In this document: positions 52,960 to 64,000 of the stretch, in pieces
Numbering within the stretch: position 1 is the stretch's first letter
Layout: the number at the start of each line of letters is the position of its first letter
DNA from: Saccostrea echinata
Lineage: Eukaryota
Length of the DNA: 64,000 nucleotides
NCBI RefSeq assembly: GCF_033153115.1
Contig: NW_026889821.1
Coordinates: 1,612,001-1,676,000, forward strand
Direction: 5' to 3'
Made by a program: the position numbers and the translations under genes
The notes under the pieces: generated by a model
The model's database searches: none
What the model was told of the DNA's origin: nothing
Seen by the model: only the letters and a program-made list of their open reading frames with translations

Positions 52960-53290
52960 AAGTTAATCAAAGTTTTCATAGTGATGGCTATAGTGATTCA
53001 GAATTATAACTATAGCGTTAAACTGATCACAATTGTAAATATTTCTTTCTTTCAAAGTGATCACTATAGTGCCATGGTAATCACTACAGTTAATCAAAGT
53101 TTTTAAAGTTATCACCATAGTGTCATAGTGATCATTATGGTAGGTCAAAGTTTTCAAAGGCATCACTATAAAAAATGAAAACGTCAAAGTTATCATTACA
53201 GTTAACTAGAATTGACATTATGTGATAGTAATTACTATAGATGTGTAGAGTTTACTATAGCTAACTATTAATAATACTTCATTATAGTAT
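52960..53290. repeat. Degenerate (TCAC)TATAGT-motif repeat; related fragment at about 50440-50530
   Basis: Recurrent ACTATAG, ATCACTA and TCAAAGTTTT motifs. Confidence 0.4.
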
Positions 53291-53827
53291 TATAGTATAG
53301 TATTATAGGTGGCAACATATTTGCTTGAAGAAGTGAATGAGCGAAACAGTATTCTTACATTTGTAAGCGTTGTCCGACAAATAATGCATTGGGCAAGGAT
53401 TTTCTGTGTCTGAACATGAATGTTCAAAATTAGTTTGAACCCTCATTCCTTCTTCATTATATTCAGCACATTTTTCTGGAGAAAAAAAAAAACTTTATAC
53501 ATTTGAAACACATAAAGATGATATTATTGTCAGCTCGAAATAAAATTAAAGTCCTCCGTATATCGAACGATAAAGGGCATAACGTTCACTTCATTGTATT
53601 GAAAAACAAAAAGAAAATCACCGAGAAAACAGACAAAACGAAAAGAAAAAAGTATAAAATGCTAGTATAAAGATAATTTCAGGTTTTTCCTTTGATGAAT
53701 TCTAACCAAATGTTACCATGCATACAATGATTTTGAGCCAAAGAAACACTGAATGTACTCTCACAATAAGGGTACCGAAACAAGGAAAACAAAAGGCGAA
53801 CTTCTTGATCTGTATAAGAAGAAATGT

Positions 53828-53878
<51 letters not shown>

Positions 53879-54921
53879 AGTGGAGGGGGTATCTGTTACA
53901 AACTGTACAAACTCAGAAATCATGTGTCCTAATGTTTTGAGTGATACATATAATATACGTAGATTTTTAAAAGGAGTTCCTCACAATAAATACATATTTG
54001 ATGCACGGAAGTGAGGGAGATATGAAGATCCATTAACCCAAGAAAAATGGTAGTCCCCGATGGCATATGTTTCTTTAGGTGAATAGATCTTTATATGTCC
54101 CAAATATTTATGCAATGGATTTTTTTAATTATACCGGATCAAGTTAAATCTTAAAAAAAAACTAAACACAAACTTTCAAATTTGGTACAGCTTTCAAAGT
54201 CACATTTAGTTTAAACACTTTACCGAGGTCCTTAATTTGGTCAATTCACAGACAATTCTATTTTTCCTTTGTTATGCATGGCTCTAAATTCGCTCTTGAG
54301 TACATCTTGACCTATGATTTTAACAAGAGGAATATAAAATAAATCATTTAAAAATTGAAATAAGAAATGTTTTATATTGAAAAGTATATTGCAAACATAC
54401 AAAAAAGATAAAATAAGCAGATTTTTTTCATCAACTTACTTTTTTTTCTTGAAATGAATTTGATAATTCCACTAGAATTACGCATGTGTAGGGGGGCATT
54501 TTCAATCATGTCAAAATAAAAGTCAAATATACGGCGATAATACCTTGTACACAGAATACCTTCATTCACAACTGTTTAGGAAGGATAGAATTAACATACA
54601 AAAGTATTTTAATGCACATTATGTCTAAAATAAAAGAAAAATTGGAATTTATTTCTTCTCATATTTTGAACGTAACGTCTCTCAGACTCAATACACCGGG
54701 TACATTGTTATAACATGGGCCATTGATTATGCAAACTATTTTATCTTTCTTGTCTACTGATAGAAAATTTACCTGTTTATTAAGTGATCGCAGATTCAAC
54801 AGAAAAGCACGTGTGCTTAGAAATTAACAAATCTGTGGGATGCTTCCTGTGTCTGTCATGGCAAGTGGGCGTTACGTTCTATTTTAAGAATGGAGCTCGG
54901 AGATCTTCTTATACATTTGAC

Positions 54922-56098
54922 TTAAAGGTTATGAATATTTAAATTTTCTCCAGTGTTCTATGCAAATACGTTTACATTTCGATAAGAAGAGCTACAGAGA
55001 GAGCCCGAGAAGCCACGAACGTTTGTCTGTCAAGTGTTACGTTACACAAAGTATGTTACGTTCATGAAAATATAAGTTGTCTATATTCTAGATTTTAAAC
55101 ACATATCATCAAATATTGTCAGCTAGTAGGTGTATTTTGGATTTAAAAAAAAAAAAAAAAAAAAAAAAATATGAACTTGCACGCTCTTCATCACTACATA
55201 AACACTTAAAATTTGACATTTCTTACATAACGTACCGATTGACAGACATTGCCTGAATACTATCGTAACGGTGACAGACAAAACGAATGTCTGTTCATGT
55301 TACGTGAATCAAACGGGTTCATTCAGATTTATACGTTCAGTGTATTAAACCTAGAAGTATTTTTATTTAAGAATATTACTGTATCATAAGGCAAAATTTG
55401 TCTTTATAACTTAAACAATACAATTTTGTAGTTGTTTTCTTGCACTTTTTAAAACGAGTCTGTCAGGGTTACGTGCATCCGTACATGTTACGATATAGGT
55501 TTAATCTATATGAAATAATTTATTTTTTAAAATTTCATTAGTATTTTCATAAATAATAATGTCTTGTGTATTATAATTTCCAAGAATAAAAGATAAGCTT
55601 TGAATGACAAATTTTATTGGCTCGTTTCAAACAGGTATTGCTCAAGAAATATCGTAACATGACAGACATGGTGGAAATTTTGTATGTGACAAAGCGTATA
55701 GCAGAGATTTATTTTTTAAAAATTCAAATTTAAAATCTATAAGGAATCAAAATTTGAATAATGTCCATTTCTCACGGCAACATTATCTTTTTGATAAAAT
55801 AATGAAAGTTTATGGTTCATTTGGCTGGGCAAGTAAAGGAGTCTGTCAGTGTTACGATCATCAGTTTGTGCATCAAAAGAAGCTTAAAAATCTTTTTTCT
55901 TCTATGTAAGAGTGAAAATTTTTTTGCATTGTTTAAGGAATTGTTCAATTTTATTTTTTACAGATTATTTGTATTGCTAAGCATCAGAAGTGTTCTTTAA
56001 TCATGTCACGTTTTATCATACGTCTGTCATGTTACGCTATATGTCTGTCATGTGTTACGTGACACATATTTCAAACATTAATAAAATATTCATTTTTG
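54922..56098. mobile_element. Probable non-autonomous DNA transposon with dispersed GTCTGTCA-n-GTTACG motifs
   Basis: Motif in both orientations near 55025, 55264, 55458, 55653, 55840, 56022 and 56043; weak TIR ATGAATATTT / AAATATTCAT after a left TTAA. Confidence 0.45.
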
Positions 56099-56314
56099 AC
56101 TTGATTATCTATTCAAACATTTTTTTGGGCTATTTAGAGTCAAAACTTCAAATACACATAAAGAAATCTAAGGAAAAAAGGTGTCTACAGAATTCTTTAT
56201 TTGTCCTCCCAGATGTACTCAAGAGCGAATATTGAGCCGCATACTTGTTGGAAATGAGATGCCCTATTTCTTCTCTACCTAGTAGATGAAATTTTTGTAC
56301 TATTGTAAATTGTT

Positions 56315-57084
56315 TCAGCTCCTCTTGTGAGTTTTCGTTCGATTAAGTATTGAGGAAAAATGCACGAATCTCCGAAGAGGTTGAATAGGATGAAAAACAT
56401 GACGACGATAGGAACATTCATATTTGAAGCTTTGTTGCCAAGTCACGTGCCTGTCTAGAACAACTTAGCTTGTAGCATCGCTAAGATTGACTTTAATGAG
56501 GTATAATAATACTACTTACGTAGAACAATTCGTTTTCTGGGAGTACAGACTTCTATGGTTTTGTTCCAGTGGGAATCTGGAAGGCAGTGATAAATGAAAT
56601 TCTCTGGTTCGGTACAATATTGTTGAACTGAAGCACAATTCATTTTGTCGTTTCTTTTTCTCCATTCCTCTTGATTTCTTGGACATTGTACTACATCTTT
56701 GACAGTATCCTTAGACTTTGGGCATATTCCGTAGATATTCTGAAATAGAATAAAAAATCAACTTTAAAAGTTATTTGGCAAAAAGATAGATTGCGTTTTT
56801 CTTCCAGTTCTTGAACTGTATTTATTATTTATATTTCCATTTTTCAGTATTTAATGATTGAATACAGGTGCATTTTCATTTAAAGTAGAACAGTGCATGA
56901 TTAATTGTTTACAATGTGTTTCAGTAATTACAGAAATATAACATTTGAAGAACTCTTAAAAATTCTACAGGAGTAATATCTCACGCACTTTTCCCTGTCT
57001 TTTTCCTACAGCAATATCAGCCACTAAAACAGTTATTAAAATCCCAAATCTCGCTCCTGCTGAGATATACAGGGTAGCATGCAT
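56315..57084 (-). pseudogene. Third, divergent member of the 10-Cys family (copy C); exons 1-2 intact, exon 3 damaged
   Basis: Exon 57084-56989 (MHATLYISAGARFGILITVLVADIAVGKRQGK, phase 0) and exon 56739-56520 (NIYGICPKSKDTVKDVVQCPRNQEEWRKRNDKMNCASVQQYCTEPENFIYHCLPDSHWNKTIEVCTPRKRIVL, phase 1). The downstream block lacks CxEFN, and its QQSFKYECS and SCFSSYS parts are in different frames. Absent from the ORF track. Confidence 0.7.
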
Positions 57085-58264
57085 ATTGATCTTTAATATT
57101 CAATGGTCCATAACCTACAATAAAAATTACATTTTTAAATTAAAAATCTATTCATTATTTATCGTATACAGAGCCTATTTAGACTACTGAATTTGTTTTC
57201 TTGAGCTGAGTAAGTCAAATGAATTTCCACATTTGCCATACATTTCATATTCCAAAAGCAGATATATAACGTAGATCCAAAATAGTGCAAATGCATCTCT
57301 GCTCCCTTCAGCTCTCGTTACCCTGTCGATTAGATTTTAGATGGGAGTGAAAATGTGACATTGACTTTAAAAGTATCAATACCTACCTCCAAAACCTGTT
57401 TATAACCACTTCGTATGAAATGATAAAACGACAGTAAACAATAAAATAATGGTAGTGCAAATTAATTTCCTTATTGAATTAAAAGTTGACCATGGGAATC
57501 CCTGATCTTTTTATATCTATATCGATGATGACATGATAACATAAATCTACATTGGTAATTTTCAATAACATCATCTAAATATTTTATGCAGTGGTATACA
57601 AATTTTGATTAAGTTTTACAAACAAAAATAAAAAGAAAATAGCTCAAGTACTTGAAATTCATGTATGAGCATATATAGCGAAGTGTAAAAGTTATGAAGT
57701 TAAAGAAAATTTCCAAAAGTAATATCATATTTCTGTCCATATGCACAGAACTTCTTAATAAGGAGTGCATGATTTAAATATTTTCCTTGAGAAATGCAAT
57801 CTATTTAAAGACTAAGTAGTGTCACCAGTACTCAAAAGAAAAAAAATATAACGGTGCAATGCATGAAAATTAACATTTCTATACAACTATTCAAGGTATT
57901 GGTCAATTCTATTTCCTGTTACTGTTTCTATGTTGGGAAAACATTGTAAACCTGGTATTCTTTAAAATCATGTACATGTGAGCTTGGTTTTCCTCAAAAC
58001 CGTTGATGTCTTAATGGAAGGACTTTTTAAATCTGCCATGTTGTACATGCGATTATCTTTGAAGTACACATTGTATGTAATGGAAAAATATCGAGATGTA
58101 AAATCGTATTGTAGCAGAATGACTATTTCGATAAATATCTTTGCGTTCAAACCATATACAATATTTTCTCTTGTATTCAAACTTATATCAGACTATTTTC
58201 CTTCGAGTCCTTATCTTTCAATTGGAAAAACCACAAATCCGCCTCTTGTTTCAAAATATATAAA

Positions 58265-58710
58265 CAAAGTCAAAAGATTAAATTACCAAAAGGTCGCACA
58301 GATAGAATGGTCTTTTTAAAAATATATGGTTTTCGTTAACATGAATTATCATTTAGCATCACTCATTATTAGAAAAAAAAAAATAGCCCCCCCCCCAAAA
58401 AAAAAAAAGAAAGAAAGAAATAAAAATAAAGAAACAAACAAAAACAAACAATCAACAACAACAAAACAGTACTGCTGATGAAGCTTCTAATGCTAGCACT
58501 GAGTAAAACTTACAAAGCGTGAATTCTTTATTTTTTGAAAGAGTATATGGAGTTTGATTTATGCATAATTTATTGTCATGGATATTGAATTAATTGGTGC
58601 TAAAATATATTTAAAATAATTGAACTTTTTTTTAACGTTTTGTTTGTTTCATGAAAACAAAAGTATATTAAAGATTGCATTTGAAATCGCAACATATTAT
58701 TTCAAAACAC
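58265..58710. repeat. Old local duplication; second copy at about 60838-61240 (also 57856-57941 similar to 58760-58856)
   Basis: Collinear blocks TCAAAAGA(T/G)TAAATTACCA..AGTCGCACA(G/T)ATAGAAT, ATGCAT(A/G)ATTTATTGTC and TTTCATGAAAA..AAAAGTATATTAAA. Confidence 0.75.
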
Positions 58711-61700
58711 TTCTTTCTTCAATTATACAGAAAATGAGTTACTTAGTTGTTAAAAAAATGCAATGCATGCTAATCACCATTTCTATACAACTGTTGTAGG
58801 GTTTAGAAAATTATCTATTCTATTTCCTGTTAATCTGTTTTCTATAGTAGGAAAACGGGAAATACCTAAGACTTGTGATGACAAAGAGTACACGATTAAG
58901 GTGTGTATTAAATAAAGGAAAAATATCACAAAGTCATGATCAAATTGCATCGTAACAAAACAACAGTTACGTTATATTCTTATGTATTAAAACTTATATA
59001 ACTGATTTTCATTTTTTTTTTTGCTCGATGTACTTTTCAAAGGGGAAAAACACAAATAGATACTTACCATATCTGGACACCTTTCTCTCTCTCAAAAAAG
59101 TATCCATATAGACTTTACAAATAACACATATTTAAACAGCAGATTTATCTCTCTGCTGTTCTTTAAAATTGCTTGTGAATACATGTATCGGTATTCAGTC
59201 GTACTCCCGTAAGAACTGCGAACGATAGTAGTGTTCTCCTGCCTACCTTTAAGTCATTTTTCAAATTGCTTAAAGCATACAAAAAGATTTAAAGAACATT
59301 TATCCATATCCAAGACTATTTTATAATATGTTGATGCTTTCAAGCCTGATTTCAAAGGTAAACATCGTTATATTCCATTATAAAAGAAGCTGGAATTAAG
59401 AGTAATTAACTATTTAACGCTGGTGTTAAGATTATCAATTAACATTGAACTCTTCCTTGCAGTCAACACAGATTTATGACCAAATTGCCATTATTATTGA
59501 ATTAAATAGGTGTAAAATGTAAGCGGTAATAGAGACTTAGCGTGCGTAGTTCTTTGTAAGTTATCATTTCTTATCATGCCTTATTGTTTCAGATTGCGAA
59601 TACGAATTTTGTTTTCGTTTCTTAAAACTTAATTCTTTAATGTTATTGAAGTTTAAAAAAAAATAAAACATATTTAATCTATTATATATTGGTTACTCAT
59701 GAGACTAATATCCCGTAAATCTTAAACAAACCAATCTGTATGTCACAATCAATTTCGATTTTGTAGTATTGTATGATAGTTGCATGAACATTTAACTTTA
59801 TTTTATTAGTATTACTCTGTGTTGAACTTCATTTGTATAAGAGTATTTTATCCTGCAACGAGCCACTTTGTGATGCTCAGTTGAACTTAGATATTTAGCC
59901 AGTTGCTATATAAGGGTTGTTTTCGGTAGCGCTCGATTTCCTTGACCAGTGAAGGTAGATACAAATTCAGGTTTATGAAAAATTACATAATAGGTTTATT
60001 CGTGGTGACTGAATCTCAAATCAAATGAGTGCCTTTTAATTACTTTTCTTATACTGAAAAGTAATTCACTGTATTCATATGGATTGAATTTTCATTTTCT
60101 CTATTTATATCCTCGAGATTGTCAATGTTTTCGAATGGTATACAGGATATTTTACCACGTGCACAATTAGTGAGTTTAAGCGTAGAAGTAATTATGTTGG
60201 CTCGTTACTAGTGTACACATATTTTTCTCTGTCGTATGACACGAATTGATTCCTACTAGTTAAAGATGCATTTTTATCGAAAAGTTTATACGTTTTAGCA
60301 CTTATGTATTGTTCAACAACCCGTTTGGTGTCATGTTTTATTATGTCTGAAAACATTTGTTGAAGGTTCCTTTATAACTGCATAAATGTTGATACTTTAT
60401 AATAATTTTTGCTGTGGAAGGTTGCAACCTATAAATGACTCACTCTCGAAAGTGTGATAGGCTAGGCCGAGGCCGAATATGGGAACCGTAGTTTCGTGGT
60501 TTCCTGGTTGTCAAGTCAGCGCTGGTTAACGCTTGAGACGCTACGAAACGTCGGGAAAGGTCGAGAATGTTATAATGAAGGACAGTGGACAAGGTATCCA
60601 TATACCCTACATGAGGGGAGGAATGAATGAAGAGAGATGTAGGAGGCGTGGGCACCAAGATGGACAATGATATTTTTTAAAAAAAATTTCTTTAATTTTT
60701 ATTTTGTTTATTTGTTCATATTTTTTTTTATTACAATATAGATATTATACATAGAATATATATAAATATATAAATAGAAACATAATATTGTTGTCATGAG
60801 TGAGGCCGTAGGGTTTCGTGATATTGGGAGTGAGGAAAATCAAAAGAGTAAATTACCAGAAAGTCGCACATATAGAATAAATCGATTTTAAAGATATACA
60901 TGATTTCAGTACAAATGTTATATCAGGTAGCCTTACTCAGATTTAAAGATAATGTTCAGATTTATACAAACAAACATCCAACACTGCTTCTGAAACTTTC
61001 AATTTAAGTGCTGTGTAATTCTTACAAAAAAAATAATCTTTTACCTTCCTTCATAAGTAAATGCTGTTTGCGTGATGCATGATTTATTGTCTTTTGTATC
61101 GAATTAATTAAGAAATATATTGAATTATATATAATTTAAACAGATTTTTTTTTTAATTCTTAGGGTTTTCTGTGTATTTCATGAAAAAAAAGTATATTAA
61201 ATATTGTATTTCACATGGGCAATATATATTTTTTAAAACAATTGTTTCATAAAAGATGATATTGAGTTCCTCAGCTTTTTATTGTATGGATATCTTGGAC
61301 TTTTACTCATCTAATTTGATGTTGTTTGAATGAAGTTCAATCTAATTATAATAAGTACTTAACCCCATGTCCCTCTGTTTCCTAAAAGAATGCTACATGT
61401 AACTTATTCAAAGGATTTGTACAATAAAATTATGTGCAAAAGTTGGTAAGACTGGCTTGTACATGTATTTTTTCAATGTTCGCCTCCGATATAATTTAAA
61501 AACAAATATTGTATTTTAACTTAATCTTCACAGGAAGCTAATATTCTGAAAAATTTTTAAATATATTTCTAGTAACAGAAAACAAAATTTTCAACATCCG
61601 AAATGTTTATTGAATTCAACGCCCACATCAGGTATTTCCCAATTGTTTATCACATAATTGTCAATGTGTTTAAAGCTTTGTATTTTATTTTGTAAATTAG

Positions 61701-64000
61701 TAAAGTAGCTGAATTGAGGAAACCGATACTTAAATTAACTAACGAACTCTTACACTTCATGGAATAAGTGGGAATATACTCAATAAAATTATGCTTCAAC
61801 ATATGATATCACTTACCATACTCTACAAATAAAAAAAAACAATATCATGCGACGAAAGAAGAAATGTCGTACATGTTTAAGCTTCCTGATGAAAGAAATA
61901 TGAAATACGTACAATTTCTGTTTTCCTTAAAGAACTTCTCCGTATCTGTATAAATCAGATGTATTTACACAACAGGCAATATTAAGGACAAAATGAACAG
62001 TTCAGATATATTTTCATCCATCGTCCTTCGATGATCATTTCAAATAAAGAAAAAGATATACAAGTTTTGTCCCAAAATTCAATGGAAACACTTTCTTTTG
62101 TAAGAACCTGGAGTCATAAGTTAAGGAAAATGAAAAAGATAGAGTAAACTAAGTATAACATTTATTTTAGGACATTTTTTTATAACAAGATTAATCCACA
62201 TTTTAATTAAATATTTTGTATATGTTTAAAATCCTCATACTAATTGAAGTTATGAACATTTTTTTCACCAAGTTCGTTTAAAGTTTTAAAGATTCTTTAA
62301 TATTTGATCACAGATACATGTCCAAACACAAAAAAATGATAACTATTTCAGATACTCGTATTTTATTTTGCATTTTGAAAGACAATTTCTTTGCAGTGAT
62401 TGAAATATACATCATATAGATGTCTTACCGGGTATTTCCTGTTCAAAATTGTCTGCCCATACTTAATCAGTTGACGTTTAGAATATAAATAAACAAAAGA
62501 AGGGTCATTTCTTCTGAGAGCACGAAAAGGAAAAATTGAAAAATTTAATATATGCATATATTTGCAAGATAAAGAATGGGGGTTTCTTTAATTGGAATAT
62601 AGCTGAGATTAACTTAAATACAAAATACGCATCATCTGATGACAAGCTCCTGCTCAATTAGTTGAGAACGAACATCGTTTAATTTTATTCCTTTTTCTCA
62701 GTTCCTACTGGGACAAGTCATGACATGAGATTCAGAACAATAATCAGCAATAACATTGTAACTTCAATCTTTCTTCGGAGGATGAGCATCAGCTTAAGTG
62801 TAACAGGTAGTATGTGTCCACACGCAATTTTTACATGACCACCTGTGACACATCACTGCAACAGTTTACTTGTGAGGATGCATGTTGATTCTTTATTAAG
62901 ATGGTTTTGGTGCTGGAACTAGAATTGTCATGATCTTCAATAAGCTGTTCTACAAGATTTGTTATTCCTTTTACGTTTTTAGATGCCTTTCTTTAAGATA
63001 CGTTCCCAATTGTTTACTACAACTGTTCAGAGACTGTTCTCTTAAATACAAATCTTTGAGACCGTCATACAACTTGTATGTATGTTTTCGGACTTTCCGC
63101 TAAAGACAATCATTTCTTGACGTAATTTTTTCAGGCTACACTATTTCCTTTAAGATAAAAAGGTTCTGAAACTGGAAGTTTAGGGTATACTTCAAGAGAT
63201 TTACCTTTCAGAAGAGGGCTAAGATTAATTGGCTATGAAGACTGATCCAACTTAGCGTAGGAAGCAAAGATTTCAAATCTCTGCAAATAAGAATCAATAC
63301 AATTGGGTTTTTTGAATTACATATTTACAATCCAAAACATTTATTATTTTGGATGACTCCTCTTCACCAAGAGATAACAAGAATTTTAAAAAATAACAAT
63401 GAATTTATCTAACTTATGTACAATAAATATAAACACAGACAAGAAAGTTCACATGCATGTGATTATCACTAGATGGTTTCCCTCTACATGTGACATTGTC
63501 GTCTATGGCCCATTGCATTCTATCCGGTCCACCATGTCCTTAAGTGTAGCGTCTCCGCTCAAGAAAATACACCCGTCAATTCACCACGTGACATGTACCA
63601 TGTTCCAAAAACAATAACTTTCAGAATATGGTCGTCTACAATTTTCACAGAGACTTCTAATAAACTATTAAAAATAATTCTGTTTGTTTAAAATACTAGA
63701 TATCACTAACCAATTACATCGAAGTGTCTAACTTGTAGATGAAATTAAGCATAAATATCATACATTCTCTATATTGTTAACAGTTTTAGAAAAAAATATC
63801 GAGCTTTAAAACTAAGAACAAAAATATTGTGAAGTGTAAAAACTTACCAAGCTGTGGCATTTCATATCAAATAAATATTATTTCGCCACCCTAGGCCCTG
63901 CATTCAACGCCGCTATAAAACCATACACTCAGGTAACTGAATCCTAAGATCACTCAACAGGGGAACATAAGACACACCCGAGTTCAGTAAGCATGGGTAA

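Noticed and set aside
60640-60657. TGGTGCCCACG on the minus strand as an LTR primer-binding site
   Set aside because: No extended match to a tRNA 3' end that I can recognise and no adjacent LTR.

Overview
This is AT-rich eukaryotic genomic DNA with spliceosomal introns and four assembly gaps. The repeat families (HINE/Helentron-type elements, tRNA-derived SINEs) and gene families point to a bivalve, most likely an oyster (Ostreidae); this is inferred, not searched. No prokaryotic features or CRISPR array are present. Joining exons by hand (GT-AG, phases checked) gives a cluster of predicted cell-surface genes that the ORF track shows only in fragments. (i) Two MEGF10/Draper/SCARF-like single-EGF type I membrane proteins: 2590-4076 minus with a short tail, and 32036-33592 plus with a long ITAM/ITIM-like tail and a 1-nt frameshift in a T6 run, plus an exon remnant at about 40.1 kb. 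(ii) Three members of a 10-Cys secreted, probably GPI-anchored family: 28093-30663, 37885-39539, and a damaged copy at 56315-57084 minus. (iii) A 404-aa membrane protein (42740-45628) with a coiled-coil ectodomain and a cytoplasmic TIR/SEFIR-like alpha/beta domain. The rest is mostly transposable elements: TA-ended TIR elements with 9-bp TSDs (AcademH-like), Kolobok-, Harbinger- and mariner-type elements, HINEs, SINEs, a solo LTR, a 64-bp satellite with a higher-order repeat, and a decayed multi-exon gene at about 14-23 kb.
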